DNA of 43,114 nt from Octopus bimaculoides (Eukaryota): the NCBI RefSeq assembly GCF_001194135.2, contig NC_068985.1, forward strand, positions 85,059,101 through 85,102,214. Direction: 5' to 3'. The notes under the pieces are model-generated. The model did not search any database, was not told the DNA's origin, and worked only from the letters and a program-made list of their open reading frames with translations. Below, one piece after another: positions 24,417 to 35,577 of the stretch; within the stretch, counting starts at the first letter, position 1; each line of letters starts with the position of its first letter. The position numbers and the translations under genes were made by a program.

Positions 24417-25195
24417 CTCGGGCACTTCTGTGTCTGTAAAGTTTATCTCAAGCAGGCAAAGCTTTCCAGTAGCACTGGTAGGCCAGAGATTTTTGGAAAT
24501 TATCCATCGGTCCCGGCCTGAAAGTTCTCCGGAAAAGAGCGACTAGATGATCTTTACGCCCAAGGTCTCCCCAAGAACGTCGTTGCACTTTTCCTCCACT
24601 AATCCTCCCTAAAAGGCTAAAGTGGGCGTTCCACCTATCGCATTGTTCGATTGGCTGACGGCTGTGAGCGCTTCAAGACATTCCATTTTCCAAAAGTTCC
24701 CTCTCTGTCTCTGTTTTACCCAGGACTGCAGCTCTGTTAAAGAAACTAGCTGCGGAAATACGTGACTGGTGGACGGTAGCTACACCTGTACACCATCAAA
24801 GAAGGACTGGAGATGTAGTCTTAGCGCATGTCTGTGCATTATCAACCACGGCATGCCCAGGTCACCACGCAGCGAGTGTTGACAGCAGATAGATCGCCTG
24901 ACCATCAGGATGCATCCCTTCCACAAGAAGCGGAAGAGTATACGCTCCACCGTAATCAGACGGTGGCCAGGACAAGGCACGGCGATCAAGCGATAGTAGA
25001 TGACGGACACGATATACGCGTTTGCCACCTCTGCCCGACTTTTCAAGGATAGTTTTCTCTCAGCCCATTTCTGGGTGAGAGTAGTCACCGTGCTCGTTAC
25101 CTCGTCCCAGTTTTTGTCCATCTGGAGGTCTGGATCGAACGTGACCCCCCAAAATTTAACCGGTCCGTCCGTCTGGCGCCCAACAACGCAGTTGG
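24417..25195 (-). pseudogene. Tx1/L1-clade LINE ORF2 fragment (RT C-terminus and zf-RVT region), 5'-truncated
   Basis: PVKFWGVTF...NWDEV...W.ERKLSLKSRAEVAN...RFLWKG...VRR...GDLGMP, then DNFQKSLAYQCYWKALPA*DKLYRH. The 3' end runs into the 23912-24415 gap. Confidence 0.85.
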
Positions 25196-26154
25196 ACAGC
25201 ATGAATAATAATAATACTAATCCTTTTTACTAAAAGCACAAGGCCTGAAATTTTGGGGGAGTGTACTAGTCTTTCACCGGTACTTAATTTATAAGGTCCT
25301 GTTGTGGGCCTCCAGAATATGCAGTCAGAATCGAAATTACTCAATGGGAATTAAATCAACTTAAACTGTCATCTTAATAGAATAGATAGTTTAAATTTAG
25401 AATTGAGATAAATGGTAGCATGTATATTGTGAATGGGTGTATATGTAGAAGGGTGTGAATGCGTACGTGCGCAAGGATTTGTATGAAAGTATATTTGTAT
25501 ACGGATATTTGCATAAGAGGCAAGTATAATCTTTCTGAATGTGTAGGAGGGTCACTATCTATACATTTTGCGTGCGCGCGTTGTGTGTGAGTTAGTGTAA
25601 AGGAATGTGTTTAAGTTGAAGATGTATTTATGTGTGCTTGACGAGTGGAGGTGTTAGTGTGTGACTGTATACATATGTGTAACGTAACTGCGTGAATGTA
25701 TATATGTGTGCGGATACCTGATTGTGTATGTACATATCAATGTGCGCATGTCTGGGAGGGTGTATGACAGAGTTTCAATGTGTAAGTGTATCTGTATGTC
25801 TGTAACTCTAAATTGAAGATCATAAATTTGTGTGTGAATGTGTTTGTAAGTTTTGTATGTGTTTATAGCTGTGTCTATGTCTGTGATACATATTAAAGTA
25901 CATTAATAAGATATTACTATACTATGTATTGACAAAGTAGTAGTAGTATATTTCCTCACTTTAAAAGGAAAATAAATACATTATTGATGGGTTGTTTCGC
26001 TTTTTAACTAGTTAATAATTAATTAATGATGCACTAAACAGCGTTTATAGGATAATTTGAATTGTTTTTTAATGTAAGTCACAGCTACAGTTTTAGTCTC
26101 TCATGTCAATACTTGTAAACAAATGTAAATAACTGATTTTATCTCTCCGCATTG

Positions 26155-26204
<50 letters not shown>

Positions 26205-26491
26205 TTTCCATGAATGAGGATGAAGAAAGTAAGAACAGTTGTCCAGACACTTGTGTTACAGTGAGCCATTATCAAAGATGTTGACACCGATGCTGATTCT
26301 TGGTTCATCATAACCCTTCGTGACGGTATGGACGAGCGGGGTCTCAATAAGGATGTGAAGGATAAAATTAGCAAAACACTAGGCAAATAAAAGCATTTTA
26401 GTATTTAGTTATATCGTTTTTGTATTCCGAATCTTAATTCCACTAAGCAATGGCGTGGATAGTTAAGTTAGCACTCTGCCTTGAGATATAT

Positions 26492-26708
26492 TCTTTTACT
26501 CTTTTACTTGTTTCAGTCATTTGACTGTGGCCATGCTGGAGCACCGCCTTTAGTCGAGCTAACCGACCCCAGGTCTTATTCTTTGTAAGCCTAGTACTTA
26601 TTCTATCGGTCTCTTTAGCCGAACCGCTAAGTTACAGGGACGTAAACACACCAGCATCGGTTGTCAAGCGATGTTGGAGGGACAAACACAGACACACAAA
26701 CATATACA

Positions 26709-26752
<44 letters not shown>

Positions 26753-26975
26753 NNNNNNNNNNNNNNNNNNNNNNNNNNNNNNNNNNNNNNNNNNNNNNNN
26801 NNNNNNNNNNNNNNNNNNNNNNNNNNNNNNNNNNNNNNNNNNNNNNNNNNNNNNNNNNNNNNNNNNNNNNNNNNNNNNNNNNNNNNNNNNNNNNNNNNNN
26901 NNNNNNNNNNNNNNNNNNNNNNNNNNNNNNNNACCCGGAACCATCTACTTACCACATAGCCACTCCTACGCCTAT
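26492..26975 (-). mobile_element. SINE family B spanning a gap
   Basis: ttactcttttacttgtttcagtcatttgactgtggccatgctggagcaccgcc tail on the left; cttaccacatagccactcctacgcc head on the right. Confidence 0.8.
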
Positions 26976-27046
26976 ATGTCGAACATATTAATCTATCTAT
27001 AAGTAGTAGAAAACTGACCGAATATACAAGATTGTTTTTCTTGATA

Positions 27047-27329
27047 CGAGGTGGAATCAAAAGGTTCCCAGACTAGCTATGTTTAATAAAAAAATAACTT
27101 ATTTACCTGAGTTTTAACATCATCTCCTTCGAAATGATCTTCTATCGCAATAATTCACCGGTTCCAGCGTTCCTGTCACTTTTGGAATCTGGCCTAGAAG
27201 TCGTTTTCCGTAAGCGAATCGTGGACCTTCTGCAATTCACTTTGAATTTCGACAACGGTGTTAAAACGGTGACTTTTGAGCTGCATTTTTCATCTTAGGG
27301 AAGAGAATGAAGTCTACAGATGCTAAATC
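27047..27329 (-). pseudogene. Mariner transposase C-terminus and 3' TIR
   Basis: DLASVDFILFPKMKMQLKSHRFNTVVEIQSELQKV...QERWNR*IIAIEDHFEGD, followed by the terminus ta|cgaggtggaatcaaaaggttcc at 27045-27068. Confidence 0.85.
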
Positions 27330-28155
27330 GGGAACCGAACAAAAGCCCCCTAGGACAAAATCCCCTCGAACAAAAGCCCCATAGTTAGAGTGTGTAAGTG
27401 GACAAAAGCCCCATAGTTAGAGTGTGTAAGTGGACAAAAGCCCCATAGTTAGAGTGTGTAAGTGGACAAAAGCCCCACGGTTATAATTTTTGGTTTCTTT
27501 TTTCGTTTATTNNNNNNNNNNNNNNNNNNNNNNNNNNNNNNNNNNNNNNNNNNNNNNNNNNNNNNNNNNNNNNNNNNNNNNNNNNNNNNNNNNNNNNNNN
27601 NNNNNNTGCGGCCATACTGGGGTACTGCCTTGAAGAATTTTTAGTGAATCTATCGACCCCAGAATCTTTTTTAGGTAATTTTCAACCAGCACATAAAGTT
27701 AAGCCTAGAAGGTCTCTTCACATGCTAGAAATAAGAGTCAAATCTTAATTTTTTTTTTTTATAATTTCACGTAAACAAAACCGGAAACTGCGGTTGTAAA
27801 AAAAAATTAGTTTTGAAAATTCCAATTTTTAAGTAAACAAAATACATTTCTAGGTTTGATAGGCTGGATCTGACTGTTTTTTTGGATGGCAATGTAAGGT
27901 AGGCGTAATAAGCCTATCTGACCGGTTTTTTTGAATGGCATTGTAGGGCAAGTTTGATAGGCCGGATCTTGCCAATTTTTTGAATGGCATTGTAGGGTTG
28001 TTGCGATAGTCCAGATCTGGCCGGTTTTTGTATGGCATTGTAGGGTAGGTGTGTTAGGCCGTATCTGGCCAATTTTTTGAATAGCATTGTAGGGTAGGTG
28101 TGATAGGCTTTTGTCCAGTTTCACACTTTAATTAAGGGGCTTTTGTCCTACACTC
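27330..28155. mobile_element. Mutator-like non-autonomous insertion carrying two minisatellites
   Basis: Perfect 8-bp TSD gctaaatc (27322-27329 and 28156-28163). Ends gggaaccgaacaaaagcccc and reverse complement gagtgtaggacaaaagcccc. Contains a 32-bp tandem (27370-27476) and an about 47-bp tandem (27853-28109). Confidence 0.75.
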
Positions 28156-28410
28156 GCTAAATCTGGCGAATAGGGCAGGTGCGGAAGTGATACCATGTTG
28201 TTTTTGGTAAGAAACTCACGAGTGAGAAGAGCTCAGTCACAGGATGCTTTGTCGTTGTGAAGAATCGAATTCTTCGCACTCAACAGATCCATTTACTTTC
28301 AGCGAATGTCCTCCCTCAAACGTTTCAAAACGTCGCAGTAGAACTCTCGATTGACGGTCTGGCCCTGGGGGACAAATTCTCGATGCACAATACCACATTT
28401 CCAGGGGTGA
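28156..28410 (-). pseudogene. Mariner transposase catalytic-domain fragment
   Basis: GIVHREFVPQGQTVNREFYCDVLKRLREDIR...ILHNDKA...LLTREFL...LPHLPYSPDLA; continues into 27047-27329. Confidence 0.85.
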
Positions 28411-28565
28411 CGCGCATGAACTTTATTTTTAATACTGCGGTCTCCCGGTGGTGAGTCATATCTCGTGCGGCCCACTTCTCGAAAATGATTGCCCATACCA
28501 GATTTTATATGGCTGCCAGACGAAGCAGTTCCAAGATGTTTTTCACTGTTTAAAACTCAATATAT

Positions 28566-28960
28566 ATTAGCTGTGTAGTACGAAGCTTGCTTCCCAACTA
28601 TATGGTTCCGGGTTCAGTTCCATTACATGGCACCTTGGACAAGTGTCTTCTATTGATAGCTTCTATTGAAGCTATAGATAGCTTCAGGTTGACCAAAGCC
28701 TTGTGAATGGATTTGGTAGACGAAAACTGAAAGAAATTCGTCATGCGTATGTATGTGTATCTGTTTGTTCCCCACCACTGCCTGACAACCGGTGCTAGTG
28801 TGTTAACGACCTCGTAACATAGCGGTTCAGCAAAAGCGTCTGATAGAATAAGTATCAGGCTTTAAAAAAATAAGCACTGGGGTCGGTTCATTCGACAAAA
28901 AATTCTCTAAAGTGGTGCTCCAGCATGGCCGCAGTCTAATGACTGAAACAAGTAAAGGAA
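28566..28960 (+). mobile_element. SINE family B
   Basis: gctgtgtagtacgaagcttgcttccc...ggcaccttggacaagtg...ccagcatggccgcagtctaatgactgaaacaagtaaag. Confidence 0.85.
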
Positions 28961-29510
28961 GATACGTAAAATATTTCACCGGCACTCAGAAGAATGAGAT
29001 GCAAAGTCAACCTTTACAAGATTTGAAGATATAGAAGACGGATTCAAACTAATACTGCAAGATATACTTTGGATAGTACTCATTACAAATTTGCTACTCA
29101 ATAATAATAGGTAAATAAATTACTCCATCGATTTACTATCAGATTTTTTTTTTTTTAAGTAAACCTATCTTTAATTTACATTGTAAATGGTTTTCCAGTG
29201 CACCCCTCTCCGCTGTCATCCATTCGCGTTTTGTTGTCAGTATTAAAAATGTAATTAAGAAAAAAAAACCAAAACATTTATGCACACAGACGCCACACAA
29301 CGCATTACACTTAAATACAAACATACGTAGAACAATGAAAAAAAAAACATACACTTACAGATTCACATTCGCCCCTTACGCACATATGTACATTTGCACA
29401 CACATAAAAGTAAATACTTGGTCAAAATACATTCACACATATACGCTCATAAACACACTGATACACACTTATGCTTTCATAAATACACATACGTACACAA
29501 TATCGTACAT

Positions 29511-29590
29511 AGCACATTCATAAATACACATACATACACAGTACATTCATAAATACACGTACATACACAGTACATTCATAAATACACATG
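29511..29590. repeat. 29-bp tandem repeat, about 3 copies
   Basis: Unit agtacattcataaatacac(a/g)tacatacac. Confidence 0.8.
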
Positions 29591-30120
29591 TATAAACCCA
29601 TGTGCAGATACATCGATTGGACCCACACATAAAAATACACTCACCAAAAGAAGAAAAGAACGAAAGTACAAACAGGTTCTAAGTATTTACTTTTATGTCA
29701 TATTTTGACTGATGACCCTAACTGTTTTAAATCGTTCGCGTAAGGTAAATTATTCTTATTGTTAATGTACTCATTGATTAATATCAATTTCGGTATCAGT
29801 TTTTAGTGGCCAAAAAATTATATATTTCTTTTATTTTAATTTTTATAGAATTTTCCCTTTATTTAGTTTTTTTTTTTTTTAATTTCTCTTTTCCTTATAG
29901 ATATTTCTGTTTTGTTTTCAAGCCAATCTTTCCTTAGGTATTATTATATGTTTGGAATATTCTGTAAGAGTTTACCATTATACTTGATTTAATCAGGTTA
30001 AGCTGATTATTTTATCTAATACATTTATTAAATTTTTATTTAACAGGCTCTCCATAAACGATAGGCAAACCCATTATATCGGTCATATTAACCTGTGTAC
30101 ATTTTATACAAAATAGAAGT

Positions 30121-30183
30121 GGGCGGGGGAGAATGAATTAAAATGTTGTTTAAGCAAACAAATCATGGCTAATTTCTGATTGG
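30121..30183. promoter_or_regulatory. Possible Pol II promoter motifs (GC box and CCAAT box)
   Basis: GGGCGG at 30121-30126 and ATTGG at 30179-30183, in unique sequence just before the CpG-depleted zone. Short motifs can occur by chance. Confidence 0.25.
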
Positions 30184-30232
30184 ATCATCATTGAATAAGA
30201 TAAATTATTAAATAAAGGAAAGAAAATAATAG

Positions 30233-30328
30233 GGCAATCTTTCTCTATTAGTAGGCGTCGCCATCCACCCTCTCTTTCTATCTGTATCATGAGGGACTGA
30301 CGACGTCTACTAATACCGAAAGATTGCC
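30233..30328. ncRNA. Imperfect 31-bp-stem hairpin, pre-miRNA-like (function unproven)
   Basis: Arms 30233-30263 and 30298-30328 give 27 Watson-Crick pairs, 1 G-U pair and 3 mismatches on the plus strand. The loop contains an extra ccctc/gaggg stem. Confidence 0.3.
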
Positions 30329-30581
30329 AACAGTAGAAACGATAATCGGAAAAACAAATGAAAGTAATTTCTTTATTAAGCAAAAGGAAGACAAAATTAG
30401 TTAATATATAGTTTACGGTCGTAAAGTAGTGAAAGTAAATTGTTCTAAAAATTGCAATCGAAACCAGAAGTGACAATAGTCACATTCTATAATTTCATGT
30501 AAAATAATGTATGAGACATAACCAATGTATAGAGCATAAATATATTAAACAGAACAAGAAAACCGTACATATAATTTATAT

Positions 30582-31735
30582 TGCCATGGCCTATTTTTTT
30601 ATGCCACAGAGATCGTATCATTGTTGGACCTTTGTTGGATGAAAGCTGCATGTAGAATAACTAAAGCAAGCTCATGACCTTTAACCTTAATAGTGAGTCT
30701 CTGCGTTAGAAGTATTGGAAGAGGAAATATCTATATCATCTGCCAAGTTGGTTGAGTAGTAAGGCTCTGCTCTGATATAGGCATTGAAATAGCTTGCATA
30801 TTTTTGACAGTAGGTGTGAGAAAGAAATTTATCTCGACATTAACTTTTCAAGCTTGTTATCCTCTACTAATTCTCTCTTTCTTCTCAACATTTGGGAAGG
30901 CTTCTTATTTCCTAAGACTTCCTTGTGAAAGAGTTGGTGAAAACGCTTTTGTTTGGACGTAGATATGTTGCAAAATTCTTGCATTCATACTCTGATAAGA
31001 TGTAGAGTAAAAACAGTTTCTAATCATATCTTTGGTATGACTGCTTCAGGCAGGAGGCAAATCACTGACTAAAAGGTGAAATTAGCTTCAAGCTTGGAAA
31101 ACCAAATTAAAGGCTATCCGGTAAATGGAGGTGAAGCGAAAGATAAAGCAGCCAGAATAGCTAGGCTGTCACTATTTTCCGAAGAAACCAATGGGACAGG
31201 TGAAATTGCCATTTTTTAAATGTAAATTATTTGGAATCATGCAAAGGGAAAGGATATGAAAAGATTAAATATCGTCTGTTACTGCAAACTCGAGAAGGTT
31301 CTGGATTAAATTTGCTCTGAAATCCTACAATTGAAGGAAAACTAGACTTTCCTCGGTATTGAAATGTTGGTTTTGACTTACATCACATGGACGAAAAATG
31401 TATTTAATTCATTAACAGGCGCTCTCAGCATAACAACATCATAGCTTAAAGAGGTGGGACTTGTTAAATGTTAACTTTCAGTATCTACCCCTTTGAGCTT
31501 ACTTGCTGTTGTTGTTGTTGTTGGGGATGAGTTAATGTTCATGAAGTTGATGAGTCGGGTCACTGTTGTTTTTTCATGTTGGATATTACCAAATGTTGAG
31601 ATGAAGATAAGGTGTCACCAAATGTAGTGGCATGTTGCATCTGTCAAAAAGATCGTATCGTTGCTGGACGTTTCTTTATTTGAGGAAAACTGTGTAGAAT
31701 AATTAAAGCAAATTCACTACCTTTAACTTTAATGT
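30582..31735 (-). mobile_element. Decayed Gypsy-type LTR retrotransposon lacking pol (LTR-PBS-gag-LTR)
   Basis: Direct repeats 30582-30700 and 31623-31735. The 5' LTR ends ccactaca followed by PBS-like tttggtgacac (31622-31612), with gag between the repeats. Confidence 0.7.
30720..31212 (-). pseudogene. Gypsy gag (DUF7041-type) pseudogene
   Basis: MAISP...SPPFTG*PLIWFSKLEANF, then KQKRFHQLFHKEVLGNKKPSQMLRRKREL and NMQAI...LADDI. These match the PPFW..P.LWF..VEAQF and LL..EELGDRKPSQLLR.MR.L motifs of this gag family. Confidence 0.8.
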
Positions 31736-31760
31736 TTATTGCTAAACATAATATATTTGG

Positions 31761-31862
31761 AAGAATATATTAAAACGTAAATTGAAAACAGAACACAAAG
31801 GATATCGCGGTATCGCGATATCCTTTGTGTTCTGTTTTCAATTTACGTTTTAATATATTCTT
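31761..31862. repeat. Perfect palindrome: 49-bp arms, 4-nt loop (gtat)
   Basis: 31761-31809 is the exact reverse complement of 31814-31862. Confidence 0.95.
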
Positions 31863-32439
31863 TCACCTCTGCCACTATCCGGCATATACAGGTGCTTACA
31901 CTTATCAAGTATTACCTCTAAAATTTACAGTACCTACATAATATATTTGATGTAGGCTGTTTACAATCTAGGGAATTATCTGAATGTTCAGAATCAGTCT
32001 GTTAGTGCAAAAGTCCAAAGCTGTTGTTTCAAGTGCTGGAGGTCATCTAAAGGTGAGGTGTGTAAATCTGTTGCTCTCAACGTTCTTCCTGATTAACTAG
32101 GCTCCAATAGGTTTACATGGGGTGACGAGAGTTGAACATCTGAGCAAGCCATATGTCATAATTGAACGCTGATTAGTCAGTTTATAGATCAGGGTGGCTC
32201 ACTTGTGGTGCCTAACAGAGTATCTAGTGGTTAGGGTTCGAATCCTTGCTACAGTATAAAATGAAAGCAATCACATTTCTCAGTGGTGTTTGTTGTAGGA
32301 TATTTTATGTTGGAATGTTGTACCTCAGTTGCTACTTCTGAAATAATTAACATAATCACTAAAAGGTCCTATATATATGTAGGTGCTTGTATACATGGTA
32401 TAATGAGCCAGCATTCAACACCTGGCACAAAGCCACTTT

Positions 32440-32700
32440 CTCCTCCTCTCTCAAATACACTCCCACTCAGTCAAGGGAGCTTTTTTCTTCTCCTTTCTTT
32501 GTCTTGCAAAGTTACTTTGCGACCTCACTGGTACCTGTATCACTGAAAAAGGCACCCAATACACTCTCTAAAGTGGTTGAGCTGTAGAAACCATGCCAAA
32601 TGGTGGAGTGGATATGTCACAGCTTTGTGGATCATCAAATCCTGTCAAACTGTCCAATCCATGCCTGTATGAAAAACAGGCATTAAATGATGATGATGAT
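32440..32700 (+). mobile_element. RTE-type LINE/SINE 3' end
   Basis: gacctcactggtacctgtatcactgaaaaaggcaccc...gtagaaaccatgcc...aaactgtccaatccatgcc ending in a (gat)n tail. The family assignment is from recall. Confidence 0.5.
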
Positions 32701-33443
32701 GTCTATATCCCCTTTATTTATGTAATGTGTTCCTTTCATTTTTAATGTGATAGGATATGATTTGAGGGAGAATTGGTTGCCATTTCTAGCATGTTGAACA
32801 GCTATATACAGGCTCTCTTGTTTCCTCAATGAATATATATATATATGCACTTGTGTGCGTGTGAATATTATTCAATTATTTAATATTTTATACATACTTT
32901 TATCTAATTACACATTTAGTGCTAATTAAAAATTCCTTTGTTTCTATTGTTTTGTCATCAACCATCATTCTGAATCCAACTTATTTGTCTTCATTTATTC
33001 AGTTAACTCTTAAATGATTAATTGTCACTTCTTCATTATTTTCCTTATTAACTTACTTCTCAATCATTGTATTAGCAATTATTTCATTTATTATATTCCA
33101 ATTTAGGATCTGATTTCAAAAATAGAAAAAAAATTTTTTTTTTCACATTTTTTAAATTTATCTAATTGTTTTTTTTTTTGTTTTTTCCCTGAAGTTTCTT
33201 GTGTTTTTAAACCAATTTAAAAAAAAAAATTATTTTTTGACCTGTTTGTTTTCATTTTCATTCTTTCCAGCTTTTACAGCTTTTGAAATTTCCTCATGGA
33301 TTTTCTTGGATTTCATTATTTTTGCTTCTCTTGTATGATTATATGGAGTTTGTGATGGATGAAGATCCCTCTATTGTATTGATTTATTAGTATATTTTGG
33401 AGTAGACTAACAAACTAATTAACTTCGGTACTTTGTTGTTTAA

Positions 33444-33659
33444 CCCTTTAGCATTTAACTGGCTATCTCCTGCCCAAATATTCTAACCACTTAGTGTTCA
33501 AACCAGCCAGATCTGGCCTATCGCACCTACTTTACATTGTCATTCTAAAAATAAACCATCATACCATTGAAATCTCAAAGCTATGAGACAACGCATGGTT
33601 AATTCAAGACAATGTGAATAAAAAAGCATTGCATTTGACAGAGTAATCTGAATGCTAAA
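33444..33659. mobile_element. piggyBac-like MITE with a damaged right end
   Basis: TTAA|ccctttagcatt on the left; inverted aatgctaaa at 33651-33659, with the terminal GGG-TTAA missing. Confidence 0.5.
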
Positions 33660-33761
33660 CATTTACATAAACTGTTAAATGTTGGCTTTGTTCCATCTGA
33701 GACAATCACCATAATCATTCTCATCGTTATCATTTTCAAGCTGATATGGTAGCCTCTACAT

Positions 33762-34268
33762 CAGTGGTTCTCAACTAAAGATCCATATGGCCCATTTTTG
33801 GGAGAGGGAGTCATTACAAGATTTTGCTGTTAACATTTTTGTGAAGTAAATGGTTTTATATCCACAACACACAAAATATTTACACATTTTTGTATACAAT
33901 CCTTAAAAATATTTAATCATAAAAATATACAAGGAGTTTTTAGATATTGAGTGGCTATGAGGGTCCTCTTGTTGGAGTAAAATAGGAATTAAAGAGGTCC
34001 ATAGACAAAAAATGTGAAGGCACATGGTTTAGTAAGATTGTGGTTTCAATTCCTGGACCGGGTGCCATGTGTTCTTGAGTATAACACTTCATTTCACATT
34101 GCCCCAGTTCACTCAGTTGGCAAAAATGAGTAATCCTGCAACAGATCAGCATCCCATCCAGATGGGGAATTTATATGCCATGGAAACAAGGAAACCGGCC
34201 TTTAGGAGTTGGTATTACTTGAGAAGGTAATTCTACTCTTATAGACTAAAAGTGGTTGAAAACCACTG
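33762..34268. mobile_element. hAT (Charlie-like) MITE with a nested SINE
   Basis: TIRs cagtggttctcaac / gttgaaaaccactg; 8-bp TSD ctctacat (33754-33761) vs ctctgcat (34269-34276). Confidence 0.8.
34015..34240 (+). mobile_element. tRNA-derived SINE nested in the hAT MITE
   Basis: Shares gtgttcttgag...cactt.atttcac.ttgc.ccagttcactcag with 40122-40443. Flanked by atagacaaaaaatg / atagactaaaagtg (degenerate 14-bp TSD). Confidence 0.6.
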
Positions 34269-35036
34269 CTCTGCATGGTTACTTCACTTGTTAGAGATGG
34301 TATCTTGAGTACTCACTCTGGCACCCCATCACCACCATCTTTATCTCCCTTCTAGCTACTCTGTACCATCATCACATAATGGGAAGTTGCCATGTATCTC
34401 CTCTATAGCAAAACACCTGTGCTTGCCCCTCTGTCACACTTTAGCTTCCTACTCCTGGCATAAAATACACTCACACTTAGTCCTCCTATCTTAATTGCAT
34501 TGTAGTTGATCATCCAATTTAACCAAAGTCACAATAACTCTATTGGTTTTCTTTCTTTTTTTTCAATTGCTGATTCTTACTATCTCTTTTTGTTTGTGTG
34601 TGTGTGTGATAGTGAGATTTGAACTGCAAATGCACAGATTTAGGACAGCCATCACAAGGCATCCTGAATGAGAGTCTAACTTTTCTAGCAGTCCACATCC
34701 CTATATTGGTACTTTATTTATTGATCCTAAAAGGATGGAAGGCAAAGGTTGTACATGGTGGGATTTGAACTCAGTAAACACAGAGAACAAATACCACAAG
34801 GTAATTTATCTGACATCCTCATGACTTTTCCAGTTTGCTATCTTGCTATCTAAGTGAAAAAACAAGTGAGAAAGAAACAAATTGGATAATTGTTTGCTTA
34901 GAAAAAAAACCATTTTCATCACAGGTTTTGCTCAATTGAAGTGAATTTGTGGCTAAAGAACAACATCCTCATAATTTTCATTCTAATAACCATTTTTCAT
35001 TGCTTCGATTTTATCTCCTTCATCACATCATCATTG

Positions 35037-35545
35037 TCATGAGTGAGAGAGCATTGCATGCCGTCAAACTGATGCTGGGGTGCAAATCTACAAAACCCAA
35101 TATAGCTATCATGACTACCCATCTGATAAGGGTACACCAGATACATGCTTCACAACTAGATGTGCATGGCATAGTGATCTCATATCAATTTAAACAGCGC
35201 ATGACCTTACAAGTGGTGACCAGTTAGAATTTTCTTCAGGTTGTGTAACCCATCCTGCCCAAAAGGTCCCTGAATAAGGGTTAAGGGTGTTGAATGAAAC
35301 ACCAATGTTTCCAAAGGTGAATTATCCAAACCCCAAAGAATTCCTCTCGACACATGGCTATGATGCTCCCCCGCTACTTCTGCTCGTGATCAGAGATGCA
35401 CATATCATCAGCTACTAAAGGACATGCTCAACTGGTTAAGGTCAAACAACTGACAATCTTTAGTATTGAGCAGAATATTTGCTGTCACCCATCTTTCATA
35501 CCAAGACAAAACATGTATATGTTAACTCTCTAAATCAGTTAATTA
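35037..35545. mobile_element. Family D copy 3 (CpG-decayed)
   Basis: Collinear with 7266-7728 and 7928-8445. Confidence 0.8.
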
Positions 35546-35577
35546 TCATCATCATCATCATCATTTTTTTTTTTTTA

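Noticed and set aside
27370-28109. Regularly spaced repeats that superficially resemble a CRISPR array
   Set aside because: The units are head-to-tail with no unique spacers, there are no cas genes, and the context is eukaryotic; they are minisatellites.
31504-31690. Minus-strand exon-like segment with good acceptor and GTAAGC donor
   Set aside because: All three frames contain stops, and the segment is better explained as the LTR/PBS/leader of the Gypsy remnant.
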